This document shows, in pieces, positions 48,681 through 58,729 of a DNA stretch of 64,000 nt (position 1 is the stretch's first letter; each line of letters begins with the position of its first letter). Under the pieces are notes generated by a model that saw only the letters and a list, made by a program, of their open reading frames with translations, did not search any database and was not told the origin of the DNA. Source of the stretch: Candidatus Methylomirabilia bacterium (lineage in GTDB: Bacteria; Methylomirabilota; Methylomirabilia; Rokubacteriales; CSP1-6); contig JBGQEL010000008.1 of the NCBI GenBank assembly GCA_041496385.1, positions 22,175 through 86,174 on the forward strand, read 5' to 3'. The translations under genes and the position numbers were made by a program.

Positions 48681-49623
48681 ACCGGCGGACGTCAGGGCCG
48701 CCGGCCAGAACCTCCTCGACGTCACGCGGTGTGATGAGGGCGAGATCGCCCCAGATCGAGCACTTGAGCGCAGCAACGGCGTTGCCCGCGTCCACGGCCT
48801 CCTGGAGCCCGCGTTCGCCGAGCGCGGCCCACAGGAAACCGGCGACGTAGGCGTCGCCCGCTCCGACCGGGTCCACCATTTGCACGGTGAGCCGCCGGCG
48901 CGGCCGGTAGAACACGGAGCCGGCGAGCACCGTCGAGCCGGCGTCGGCCTGTTGCAGGCTGATGACGGCCTTCGGCGCGAGCCGCGCGAGCGACTCGAGC
49001 ATCTGCTCGGCGGGGCCCGTGAGCTCGAAGATCGTCCGCGCCTCCCCCTCCCCGAGGAACAGATAGCGCACCGATGGCAGTACCTCGTCGAGGAACCGCC
49101 GCGCCTCCTCAGGCGACCAGAGGCTCGCGCGGTAGTTCACGTCGAACGAGCAGGCGCCCGCCTCTCGCAGCGCGCGGCGGACGAGTGCGAGCGGGCTTGC
49201 CCCGAGCGCGGGCGTGATGCCCGTCAGGTGGACGAGTCGCGCGCGGCGGACCGGCTCCCAGTCCACCTCGGCCTCGGTGAGGCGTGCGAAGGCCGAGTCG
49301 CGGCGATCGTAGAGCACGCGTACCGGTCGTGGCGGCGCGCCGTACTCGAGGTAGTAGAGCCCCAGACGCGCGTGCTCACGCATCCGCACGAAGGTGCAGT
49401 CCACGCCGTGCCCTGAGAGCTCGCGCTGGGCGCGTTCGCCCCACGGGTTGGCGGGCAGCGAGGAGATCCAGGCGGTCCGGAGCCCGAGACGCGCGCAGGC
49501 GACCGCCACGTTCGCCTCGGCGCCGCCCATCTGCACGTCGAGCTGACGAGCCGTCTCGAAACGAGCAGGCGGCGGGATGGCGAGGCGCAGCATGAGCTCG
49601 CCGAGCGTGACGAGGTCGTGCAT
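48679..49623 (-). CDS. PfkB-family sugar kinase (2-keto-3-deoxygluconate kinase-like)
   Basis: GGAEANVA, FDVNYR, DPVGAGDAY. Confidence 0.88.
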   Translation of the reverse strand: MHDLVTLGELMLRLAIPPPARFETARQLDVQMGGAEANVAVACARLGLRTAWISSLPANPWGERAQRELSGHGVDCTFVRMREHARLGLYYLEYGAPPRPVRVLYDRRDSAFARLTEAEVDWEPVRRARLVHLTGITPALGASPLALVRRALREAGACSFDVNYRASLWSPEEARRFLDEVLPSVRYLFLGEGEARTIFELTGPAEQMLESLARLAPKAVISLQQADAGSTVLAGSVFYRPRRRLTVQMVDPVGAGDAYVAGFLWAALGERGLQEAVDAGNAVAALKCSIWGDLALITPRDVEEVLAGGPDVRR

Positions 49624-50448
49624 CTACGAGGGTCGAAGTTCGGGCGACCGCATCTCGATCTTCACGCTGGTTCCCAGGACCATGGCGAGGTTCAGGAGCT
49701 CGGGACGCTTGTCGCGGCCGAAGGTGATGCGTCCGGGCTGGTCGCGTCTCGCCCAGGAGGAGAAGCGGGTCAAGTCGAAGAGCCCTGTCACCTTGCCCGA
49801 CGTAGGGTCGGCTGCGACCTTGAGCACGAAGGGCGCCAGCTCGGCACGGTAGTCATGCTGGACGTCGTCGGGATTCTCGTCCTCCGCCCGCTTGCGCCGG
49901 ATGACGTGCGTCTGGTAGGCGCCGTCGGGCTGCGGGGGCCAGCGGCCCTCGGCGTAGTTGAGGATGGCGGTCACCGAGTCGTCCACATGCACACCCTCGG
50001 GAATGGCCACCACGTCGTCCACGACACGGAGCTTCCGAAGGAAAAAGGTCTCGCCGCGGAAATGGTACTCGACCCGGCGTCGCGCCCAGTCGTAGGTGAC
50101 GTCCGAGCGCGATTCACGGCCCTTCACGCTGAAGAAGGAGTGCACTTCCCTGGGCGTCCACCGCCCTTCCCGAAGGGATCCGATCGACTGGATCCGGTTG
50201 GCAATACCATCCCCCTCTCCTGCGAGCGTCGCCTCGTAACGCCCGCCAGCCCGATCGATGGCCTCCGTGAGGGTCCCGTCCAGGTGGAAGCTGAGCATCC
50301 CGTACAAGATGCCGACGTCCACGGCGTAGCCGTTTCGCCGGGACTCCGTTTCGGCGTGCGCCGGCGTGCTGCCGAAACCGACCGGAGCCAGCAAAAGGCC
50401 GAGGGGTAGTGCCAAGAACTCTCGCCGGCTGATCGCTTGCCTGGACAT
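49624..50448 (-). CDS. Exported hypothetical protein (Tat-like leader)
   Basis: SRREFL leader, AHA cleavage site, beta-rich mature region. Confidence 0.65.
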   Translation of the reverse strand: MSRQAISRREFLALPLGLLLAPVGFGSTPAHAETESRRNGYAVDVGILYGMLSFHLDGTLTEAIDRAGGRYEATLAGEGDGIANRIQSIGSLREGRWTPREVHSFFSVKGRESRSDVTYDWARRRVEYHFRGETFFLRKLRVVDDVVAIPEGVHVDDSVTAILNYAEGRWPPQPDGAYQTHVIRRKRAEDENPDDVQHDYRAELAPFVLKVAADPTSGKVTGLFDLTRFSSWARRDQPGRITFGRDKRPELLNLAMVLGTSVKIEMRSPELRPS

Positions 50449-50580
50449 GGGGGTCGGCCGAGCCTATTCTAGCAATCTCCGCGCGGATAACTTGGCCGTT
50501 TGGCCGGGGTCCTGCTACCGTAAGCGCTGGGATTTAGTGGCGAAAATGCGAACCGCCGTCGCCGGGAGGCTCGCCTCCTG

Positions 50581-51822
50581 ATGAAGCGCCAGCCCGTCAT
50601 CACCGGGCTCGGCATCGTCTCGCCCATTGGCATTGGAGTCGACAAGTTCTGGACGGCCGCCAAGGCCGGCAAGTCTGGCATCCGCACCCCCACACTGTTC
50701 GACTCGTCGAAGCTGCCGACCGACTGCCGAATTGCCGGTGAAGTACCGGACTTCAACTCGCTTGACTGGATGCCGGCGCGGGTAGCGAGAATGGCAGGGC
50801 GCTTCAGTCACTTCGCTGTAGCTGCAGCGAAGATGGCCAGGATCGACAGCGGGTTAGAGGCAGCTGAAATCCCACCTGAACGATTGAAGGTGGCTATCGG
50901 AACCTCTCTAAGCGGCGAAACCGATGTCGCTCAGTCAAACTTCACGTCCTTCATGCGCGGAAATGACATTTGGCCGTGGGCCGCTCTCGAGTATCCCGCT
51001 CATGCAGCGACGAGTCATGTGGCGATTGATTCACGGGCACTAGGTCAAACGACGACGTTTGCGACGGCCTGCGCAGCAGGTCTCGACGCGATTGGCTGGG
51101 CTGCTGAGGAAGTCAACCGCGGAAACGCAGACGCGGCCCTCGCTGGTGCCACAGAGGCGCCACTTTCGGCATTCATCATGATGGTCTTTCACTCGGTCGG
51201 GGTTTTGTCGAAGTGGCTCGGGCCTCCGGAAGAGGCTAGCCGACCATACGACCTCTACCGATCTGGACTGGTGCTCGCCGAGGGAGCCGCTGTGGTGTCG
51301 ATCGAATCAGAAGAATCGGCACGTGCGCGCGGGGTGCCCATCTATGCACGCGTTCTCAGCCTCGCCAGCGCGAACGAGGGCGCGCATCTCAGGAAGGTCG
51401 ATGAGACCGGCGAAGCGGTCTCTCGCGCCCTCGAGATCGCTCTCCAGCGAGCTCATCTTGCTCCAGGCGATGTGGACTTCATCTGTGCGCATGGGAATTC
51501 GATGCAAGACTACGATGCCGCAGAAACAGCAGGGATCAAGCGCGTATTTGGTAGACACGCCTGGAACATCCCGGTGTCGTCAACAAAATCGATGTGCGGT
51601 CAGGCTCTGGCGGCAAGCAGCGCCATGCAGGTGGTCGTATCGTGTCTCGCCCTGAAACACCAAGTAGTACCTCCAACCATCAACTACCAAGTCCCGGATC
51701 CCCGGTGTGACCTCGACTACGTTGCCAACACGGGGCGTACTGCACGGATCCGCACAGTTCTGATTCATGCGCATAGTTTGGGTGGAGCCCACGTCGCTAT
51801 GATTCTAGGCGCTCCGGACTAA
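50581..51822 (+). CDS. FabF-like beta-ketoacyl synthase with atypical active site
   Basis: VITGLGIVSPIG, TACAAG, ASRPYD, AEGAA, AHGNS, KSMCGQ, PPTIN. Confidence 0.85.
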   Translation: MKRQPVITGLGIVSPIGIGVDKFWTAAKAGKSGIRTPTLFDSSKLPTDCRIAGEVPDFNSLDWMPARVARMAGRFSHFAVAAAKMARIDSGLEAAEIPPERLKVAIGTSLSGETDVAQSNFTSFMRGNDIWPWAALEYPAHAATSHVAIDSRALGQTTTFATACAAGLDAIGWAAEEVNRGNADAALAGATEAPLSAFIMMVFHSVGVLSKWLGPPEEASRPYDLYRSGLVLAEGAAVVSIESEESARARGVPIYARVLSLASANEGAHLRKVDETGEAVSRALEIALQRAHLAPGDVDFICAHGNSMQDYDAAETAGIKRVFGRHAWNIPVSSTKSMCGQALAASSAMQVVVSCLALKHQVVPPTINYQVPDPRCDLDYVANTGRTARIRTVLIHAHSLGGAHVAMILGAPD

Positions 51823-51830
51823 GCATCTCC

Positions 51831-54263
51831 GTGCCCCACATCTCACTCCTGCCGGTATCCGCAATCTTGAGCGCTCTAGCACTCTTTGTCTGGAGAGCCC
51901 GCCCCGACACGTCGGTCAATCGCTGGTTCGCCGCATTTTCGATATTCGTTGCATGCTGGGTGCTCGGCGTTGGAGGCTTGCAGAGTGGAACACACCTCGA
52001 CGGCTGGGCCCGCTTCACCTTCGCGAGCGCAAGTCTAATTCCGGCATCCTTTCTCGTCTTCATGCGCGCCTACCCCACCCCCGGCGCATGGCCGACACGT
52101 CCATTCCTAAAGGGAACGATTGTCATAGGTGGGCTCATTGCTTTCTTATCGCTGGCAACGCCGTTGATGGTCTACGACACAATCCTGACCTCAGAGGGGC
52201 TCACTAGAAAGACTGGCGCCCTCTATCCGATCTTCTCGATCTATTTCCTCGCTACCTGGATCGCAGCCATCGCGGTATTCGTCTCGAAGTGGCGCAACTC
52301 TCGCGGAGCTCCGCGAGCGCAACTTGAGTATTTGGGCGTCGGCATCATTCTTTCGGGCGCCGGTGGCATTAGCGTAAACCTGATCCTTCCTTTCATGACT
52401 GGGCGATCCACGTACAGTTGGGTTGGCCCCTATTTCAGTCTTCTGCTGGTCGCGATGGTGGGACACGCCATCATCCGCCATCGGTTAATGGATCTCCGCC
52501 TATTCATCAGCCGCGGATTTGCTTATGCCCTAGCAATCGCTGTCACGTCGGCCACCATCATTACATTCACACGGTTCGCGTTTCCGGGGTGGGAAGCCGA
52601 GGCGGTGCTGGTCCATCCAGACATCCCCATCGTCGCGGTTGTGGTCCTTATCCTGCTGTCACCTCCCGCGCAGCAATTGTTCAGTACGATCATCGACCCG
52701 TATCTGTATCGAGGACGGATCGACTACCCCTCCGCGCTGCGCGGGGCAACCCGCCAACTTAGTCAGTTGATGCAGCCCGCTGAGCTCTCAGCCCGCCTCC
52801 GCGAAATCCTCACAGATGCATTTGTGCCAGAGTCGTTCGTAATGCTCGTTCGAGGATTCGACAGTCATGAGTTTGAGCAACTGCCAGCTGACACTCGAGC
52901 GGCCGGGGATCTGCTGACGCTCGCGGCGCTGCTGACTGAACAGCCCAACCCCACGGTCTTCGTTGTGAATCCTGCCCAGGTGAATGCAGCGGTTCGTGTG
53001 GGTCATGAGGCCCTTCGAACCGCGGGGGTGGAAGTGGTCGTAACTCTCGGACGCCGCGGCCAGTTACTAGGGGCTATTCTTCTGGGGCCTCGCCGGAGCG
53101 GCGACGCCTATTTTCAGAACGATCTGGTGTTCATTGAATCAGTTGCCGAGCTGGCGTCAATTGCGCTTGAAAACTCGCTTCTGTATCGACAACGAATTCA
53201 GGTGCTCGAGTATTCCGAGAGACTTCTGGAGTCACTTGATTCTGCGGTGGTTGCGACGGACGTCGCTGGGAGGATTAGTAGCTTTAATCCGGCAGCCAAA
53301 GAACTTCTCGGTCTACGCGAGACAGAAAAAGGCGCCCTCTTGGACGTTCTGCCATCCGAGATTGGATGGGCGCTCGCGATGGCAATCTCGGGCGCTTGGC
53401 AACCCCGAGGCGTCGAAGTCGCGATTCACCACGAATCACGAGATCTTTTCCATGTCGTTCTTTCGACGGCGGTACTTCACGACGACAAGGGGCAAGTGGC
53501 GGGCGCTCTTGTCGTGGTGACTGACCTATCGACCATCAAGGCGCTAGAAAGAAACCAGCGACGCGTCGAACACTTGGCCATAATGGCGCGCTTTTACGCT
53601 GGAATCGCCCATGAAATTCGCAATCCGCTGGCAGCAATATCGAATTTCATCGCGATGCTCCCAGATCGTTTCGACGATCCAGAATATCGCGACACAGCCG
53701 CCAGACTCCTGCCCATGGAGGTAGAACGAATCGTCCGCCTCGCGGACCGGCTTCGCCTGATGGCGCCCAGCGAAGGCGGAAAGTTGAGTGTTGTTGGGCT
53801 CACTCCTCTCATCAATGACATCGTTGCTATCCATTCTCCTGCGGCAAGGGAGCAACGGATAAAGCTCTCGTTCCAGTGCCCCGATGACTTGCCCAAAATC
53901 CTTGGCGATCCTAGTCAGCTCGTTCAGCTTTTTGTGAATCTCCTGAAGAACGCAATTGAGGCCATGCCTGATGGCGGCACTGTAATCATTGAAGCAGAAC
54001 ACGTTTCCAGTCGCGCCGCCCTCGACCGCGTCGTCGTCCGCGTCATCGACGAAGGTTTCGGTATTGATCCGACCGTTCGGCCAAAGGTCTTCGATCCCTT
54101 CTTCACAACTAAGCCCTCGGGAACCGGTCTCGGTCTATCGATCTGTCGAGAAATCGCCGACTTTCACCACGCGCGCCTGGCACTTCTCCCTCGAAGTGTG
54201 TACAGTGGCACGATCGCCGAGGTCGAGTTCCCATGCCTCCCCATAGAAGCGACAACGGCATGA
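51831..54263 (+). CDS. Sensor histidine kinase 1 (multi-TM sensor, GAF, PAS, HisKA, HATPase)
   Basis: Hydrophobic N-terminus; IAHEIRNPL; NLLKNA, DEGFG, FFTTK, GTGLGL. Confidence 0.92.
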   Translation: MPHISLLPVSAILSALALFVWRARPDTSVNRWFAAFSIFVACWVLGVGGLQSGTHLDGWARFTFASASLIPASFLVFMRAYPTPGAWPTRPFLKGTIVIGGLIAFLSLATPLMVYDTILTSEGLTRKTGALYPIFSIYFLATWIAAIAVFVSKWRNSRGAPRAQLEYLGVGIILSGAGGISVNLILPFMTGRSTYSWVGPYFSLLLVAMVGHAIIRHRLMDLRLFISRGFAYALAIAVTSATIITFTRFAFPGWEAEAVLVHPDIPIVAVVVLILLSPPAQQLFSTIIDPYLYRGRIDYPSALRGATRQLSQLMQPAELSARLREILTDAFVPESFVMLVRGFDSHEFEQLPADTRAAGDLLTLAALLTEQPNPTVFVVNPAQVNAAVRVGHEALRTAGVEVVVTLGRRGQLLGAILLGPRRSGDAYFQNDLVFIESVAELASIALENSLLYRQRIQVLEYSERLLESLDSAVVATDVAGRISSFNPAAKELLGLRETEKGALLDVLPSEIGWALAMAISGAWQPRGVEVAIHHESRDLFHVVLSTAVLHDDKGQVAGALVVVTDLSTIKALERNQRRVEHLAIMARFYAGIAHEIRNPLAAISNFIAMLPDRFDDPEYRDTAARLLPMEVERIVRLADRLRLMAPSEGGKLSVVGLTPLINDIVAIHSPAAREQRIKLSFQCPDDLPKILGDPSQLVQLFVNLLKNAIEAMPDGGTVIIEAEHVSSRAALDRVVVRVIDEGFGIDPTVRPKVFDPFFTTKPSGTGLGLSICREIADFHHARLALLPRSVYSGTIAEVEFPCLPIEATTA

Positions 54264-54341
54264 CTAGAATTCCCGTTCGGCTCCGGGAGCAGCTTCTCTT
54301 GAGGTCGGTTCCCGTTCAGAGTCTTCCGACGTGGAGTTGAC

Positions 54342-56777
54342 ATGATCACGTTCTCGCTGCTCGCGGTTGCTTTGGTCGTCTTTGCGCTGGGAATCTTCGT
54401 CTGGCGAGCACGTCCGGAAAGTCAGGTGAATCGTTCGTTTGCCGCGTTCACCCTTCTAGTCGCGCTTTGGGTTCTTGGCGTCGCCGCCTTTCACAGCGGT
54501 ACGAACCTAAACTTCTCGGCACGCATCACATTCGGCGCCGCTAGCTTGCTGCCGGTGGCTTTTTTAGCATTTGCACGTCACTATCCAACTCGGTCCCACT
54601 CGCTCAGGGGATCACTGCTAATTCTCAACTTTTTGGCCGCTGCCCTCTTCGCGTTTCTGTCGTTGGCAACTCCGTTCGTGGTGGCGACCACCGAGATGAC
54701 GTCCTTGGGGCCGAGACGAGAGAGCGGGGCGTTGTACCCGCTATTCAGTGCCTATTTTCTCGTTGCATGGGCGACTGCGCTCGCGGTTTTCATAGTCAAA
54801 TGGCGTCGGACTCGAGGCATAGCAAGAATCCAACTGCACTACCTGGCGGCAGGCTTCCTTATCGGGGGCGCTGGCGGAATCAGCACTAATTTGCTCCTTC
54901 CGCTTCTAACGGGGCGCACCGAATACAATTGGATCGGTCCACATTTCGCTCTCATATTTGTCGCCCTCGTCGCGCACGCGATCATTCGCCATCGGTTGAT
55001 GGATCTGCGCCTTGTCATCCACCGGGGGCTCACGCTCGCGATCGCGATTCTCGTCTCGTTGCTGCCGGTGGCGATCTTCATCACCTTCGCGTGGCCACAC
55101 CTGTCGCTGCACCTCGAGCCGCGCGAGCTCGCCGTGGTCCTCGTGGCGATCGTCATCGTGAGCCTGTTGATCCCGGTGATCCGCGATGGCGCGGGGCGGA
55201 TCCTCGACCGCTATGTCTATCGCGCCCAGGCGAACTTCCGCCGTACCGTGCGGGCGGCCAGCGGGACGCTGACGCGCGTACTCGACCTGAGGACGCTCCT
55301 GCATTTTCTTACCGACACTGTGGTGACCTCGACCCGGGCGGAGGGCGGCGCGATCTACCTTGCCGAACGCGGCATGCTCCGGCGGGCCGCTCATGACCAG
55401 CATCCGGCCGGCGGCGTCCTCGGGGCACCGGACGCGGCGCCTGGCGCCATCCTGGCAGCGCTGACGAGCTCGCGTGATCTCATTCTCACCGACGAGCTCC
55501 TGCGCATCGGTCCTAGCGAGGATCGACAAGCGTTGTACGATGAGCTCACGCGGCTCAACTGGGCGCTCGTGCTTCCCTTGATCTCGGAGGAAATCGTAAT
55601 CGGGGCGATCACGCTCGGCCCGAAGCTCTCCGGGGATCCCTTCTACCCGCAGGATCTCGATCTCCTCATGACGCTCGCGAACCAGGCCGGCGTGGCGGTC
55701 AAGAACGCCCAGCTCTACGCGCAGGTCGTGCTCGCGAACGAGTACATCAACAGCATCGTTGCGACGATCGAGAGCGGCGTGGTGGCGATCGACGCCGGTG
55801 GCCGGATCGCGCTCTTCAACCGGGCTGCCACACAACTCACCGGACTCGGGTCCGCCGAGGTGCTCGACCGACCCGCTAGCGTCCTTCCCGCCTGTCTCGC
55901 CGACGCGCTCAGTCGAAGCGTCGCCGAACGGCGCGCGCTGACGCAGCCGGAGGTCGAGCTGTCGGACGGCTCCGCAACGCGCCCGATCATCTGCACGACG
56001 TCGCCGCAGCTCGATCCTTCGGGGGCCGTCCTCGGAGCCGTGGCCGTGTTCAGCGATCTCACGCCCTTGAAGGAGCTCGAGACCGGCCGGCGGCGCGCAG
56101 AACGCCTCAGCTACTTCGAGATGCTCGCGTCGGGTATCGCCCACGAGATCAAGAATCCGCTGGTCGCCATCAAGACCTTTGCGCAGCTCCTCCCGCGACG
56201 CCACGGGGACGAGCGGTTCATGGCGGAGTTCAGCCGGATCGTCACCCACGAGATCAGCCGCATGGAGCGGCTCGTCGAGCGCCTGCGCACCCTCGCCCGT
56301 CCGAGTGACCGGCCCCGGCGCCCGCTCGACCTGCGGCTCCCGATCATCGATGCGCTCGAGATCATGCACGGTGCCTTCGAGGAAAAGAACGTCGTGGTGT
56401 CCGTCGCGCTCGGCCGCACGCCGTGCACGGTGCTCGGAGACCATGCAGAGATCGAGCAGCTCTTCCTGAATCTCCTGATGAACGCGCACGAGGCGACCTC
56501 TCCGCGCGGGATGCTCCGTGTCGAGCTGGCGGTCGCCGGGCGGCGCGCGGTCGTCGCGGTGGTGGACACGGGGCCGGGCGTGCCGCCCGAGATGCTGGAG
56601 CGCGTCTTCGAGCCATTCTTCACCACCAAACAGCGCGGCTCCGGCCTCGGGCTGGCGATCTGCGCCGCGATCGCCCAGAGCCACGACGCCCGGCTCCACG
56701 TCGTCAACCGTCCCACGGGTGGCGCCGTTTTCACCGTGGACTTTCCCATCGCCGTCAACGTCATGGTGCCCGCGTGA
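54342..56777 (+). CDS. Sensor histidine kinase 2, paralog of kinase 1
   Basis: Same layout; IAHEIKNPL; NLLMNA, DTGPG, FFTTK, GSGLGL. Confidence 0.92.
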   Translation: MITFSLLAVALVVFALGIFVWRARPESQVNRSFAAFTLLVALWVLGVAAFHSGTNLNFSARITFGAASLLPVAFLAFARHYPTRSHSLRGSLLILNFLAAALFAFLSLATPFVVATTEMTSLGPRRESGALYPLFSAYFLVAWATALAVFIVKWRRTRGIARIQLHYLAAGFLIGGAGGISTNLLLPLLTGRTEYNWIGPHFALIFVALVAHAIIRHRLMDLRLVIHRGLTLAIAILVSLLPVAIFITFAWPHLSLHLEPRELAVVLVAIVIVSLLIPVIRDGAGRILDRYVYRAQANFRRTVRAASGTLTRVLDLRTLLHFLTDTVVTSTRAEGGAIYLAERGMLRRAAHDQHPAGGVLGAPDAAPGAILAALTSSRDLILTDELLRIGPSEDRQALYDELTRLNWALVLPLISEEIVIGAITLGPKLSGDPFYPQDLDLLMTLANQAGVAVKNAQLYAQVVLANEYINSIVATIESGVVAIDAGGRIALFNRAATQLTGLGSAEVLDRPASVLPACLADALSRSVAERRALTQPEVELSDGSATRPIICTTSPQLDPSGAVLGAVAVFSDLTPLKELETGRRRAERLSYFEMLASGIAHEIKNPLVAIKTFAQLLPRRHGDERFMAEFSRIVTHEISRMERLVERLRTLARPSDRPRRPLDLRLPIIDALEIMHGAFEEKNVVVSVALGRTPCTVLGDHAEIEQLFLNLLMNAHEATSPRGMLRVELAVAGRRAVVAVVDTGPGVPPEMLERVFEPFFTTKQRGSGLGLAICAAIAQSHDARLHVVNRPTGGAVFTVDFPIAVNVMVPA

Positions 56778-58729
56778 ACACGATCCTCCTCGTCACACCC
56801 GACGACGCGCTTCGCAACCGCCTGCTCGGCACGCTCGAGGACTACTCGGCGTTCATCGCCCAAAGCGATGCCGAGGCCCTCAAGATCTTGCGCCTGATCG
56901 ACATCGACGTCGTGCTCCGGGACTGCGCCGGCCTGCCGCGGGGGCTCGAGCCGTTCGTCGCCCGCATGAAGGACGTCACCCCGTCGGCGCTCACGATCGC
57001 GCTGGGGGCCTCCGAGGAAGAGGGGGATCTTACCGATTTCCGCCTGCCGCCCGCCTTCACCCAGCGTGACCTCGACAGCGCGCTGCGCCAGATGCAGGAG
57101 CGGCTCCGTCTCACGCGGGAGGTGGCCACGCTCCGTTCCACCGCGACGACCGAGCCGCGGGCGCCGGCGGCCGACGGCGGCGATCCGTGGGACGGCGCCG
57201 CGCTCGCGCGAGTCCTGAAGGAGTTCACCCGCGCCTTCGCCGCGGGCTTCGACCTGCCGCGCGTGCTCGACATGTTCCTCGACGCGGTCACCGAGCTCGT
57301 GCGCTCCACACGCGTGGCCATCCTGCTGCCCGCGGCCGACGGCCGCGACTATCGCGTGGCCGCGCACCGCGGCCTGGCGCCCCAGCTCGTCGAGTCGGTG
57401 CGCCTCCCGGCGGGCGCCGGCCTCGCACACTGGCTCGCGGCTCAGGGCCGGCCCGCGCGCATGCCCGACCTGACGGATTCCACGATCATCCGCGAGCTGA
57501 AGCTGCTGCAAAGCGTCCTCGCGGTGCCCCTGCTCGCCCACGGCGAGCTCGTGGCCATTCTCGTGGTGGGCCAGCCCGTCGTCGGATCGTCGTACGGTCG
57601 CCGGGAGACCGAGACGCTGTTCGACCTCGCGGCCCACCTCGCCACGGCGATTCGCGACATCGCGCTCCACCACCAACTCCAGCGCGAAAAAGAGTTCACG
57701 GAGCGGATCCTCGAGCACATGTCGAGCGGGGTCATCACGATCGCGCGCGACCAACGGGTCGGCACGATGAACCGCCGGGCCGAAGAGATCCTCGGCCTGC
57801 CCGCCATCTCCGTGGTGAACGAGGACCTCCGGGTCCTCCCATCACCGCTCGGTGACATGCTCTACGAGACGCTCCGCTCGGCGCGCGCGGTCGCGCGCAT
57901 CGAGGTCCAGCTGGCGCTGCGCGGACTCTGGCTGGAGGTGTCCACGTATCCGGTGCGCGGCGACGACGCCCTGCCGCTCGGCGCGGTGCTCGTCTTCGAA
58001 GATCTCACCGCGCAGAAGGAGCTGGCGGCGCAGAAGCGCCAGGCGGAGCAGACGTTGCTCCTCACCCGCGTGGTCGCGCGCATCGCCGACGAGATCAAGA
58101 ACCCGCTCGTCTCCATCAACACCTTCATCGAGCTGATCGGCGAACGCTACGACGACCCGGATTTCCGCAAGCACTTCTCGTCGGTCGTCCGCCGGGATGT
58201 CCGCCGGCTCGTCGAGGTCTTCGAGAAACTAGCGGGGCTCGTGACGGAGGGTGAGCTAAACTTCGAGGCCGTGGACGTGAACGCGGTCGTGGACGACGTG
58301 GTCACGTCGATCGAGCTGTCCGACGACGCGCCGGGCAAGCCGCTTCAGCTCGACGTCAAGCGCGACGCCGACACGCCGTTGGTCAAGGTCGACGCGACCC
58401 AGCTCCGCCGCGCGCTTTCGTACCTCATCTGGTACCTCACCCGCAATTCGCCGCCCGATCAGGCCCGCGTGTCGATCACCGTCGGCCGCCACGCCGAGCG
58501 TGAGGGCGCCGAGACCGTCCGCATCCAGATCGCCTCCCGCACGGCGAGCGTGTCGCCCGACAAGCTCCACCGCGTCTTCGACCCGGTGCAGATGGTCCAG
58601 GAGAGCCTCATCGACGTGGGTCCGGCCGTCAGCCAGCGGCTCGTCGAGGCGGTCGGCGGGCGGCTCGACGTCCGTCACGGGCGGAACGAGCTCGGCTTCG
58701 TCGTGTCGCTACCGGTGGCCGAGGCATGA
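56774..58729 (+). CDS. Cytoplasmic pseudo-histidine kinase (degenerate REC, GAF, PAS, HisKA-like)
   Basis: IADEIKNPL (His replaced by Asp); N/G boxes degenerate; GTGA overlap. Confidence 0.8.
   Translation: MNTILLVTPDDALRNRLLGTLEDYSAFIAQSDAEALKILRLIDIDVVLRDCAGLPRGLEPFVARMKDVTPSALTIALGASEEEGDLTDFRLPPAFTQRDLDSALRQMQERLRLTREVATLRSTATTEPRAPAADGGDPWDGAALARVLKEFTRAFAAGFDLPRVLDMFLDAVTELVRSTRVAILLPAADGRDYRVAAHRGLAPQLVESVRLPAGAGLAHWLAAQGRPARMPDLTDSTIIRELKLLQSVLAVPLLAHGELVAILVVGQPVVGSSYGRRETETLFDLAAHLATAIRDIALHHQLQREKEFTERILEHMSSGVITIARDQRVGTMNRRAEEILGLPAISVVNEDLRVLPSPLGDMLYETLRSARAVARIEVQLALRGLWLEVSTYPVRGDDALPLGAVLVFEDLTAQKELAAQKRQAEQTLLLTRVVARIADEIKNPLVSINTFIELIGERYDDPDFRKHFSSVVRRDVRRLVEVFEKLAGLVTEGELNFEAVDVNAVVDDVVTSIELSDDAPGKPLQLDVKRDADTPLVKVDATQLRRALSYLIWYLTRNSPPDQARVSITVGRHAEREGAETVRIQIASRTASVSPDKLHRVFDPVQMVQESLIDVGPAVSQRLVEAVGGRLDVRHGRNELGFVVSLPVAEA

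Noticed and set aside
50581..51822. Type II PKS cluster or housekeeping fabF
   Set aside because: No ACP, chain-length factor, fabG/fabD or cyclase nearby, and the triad is altered.
50449..55100. Prophage or IS-borne island explaining the lower GC
   Set aside because: No integrase, transposase, tRNA or terminal repeats seen.
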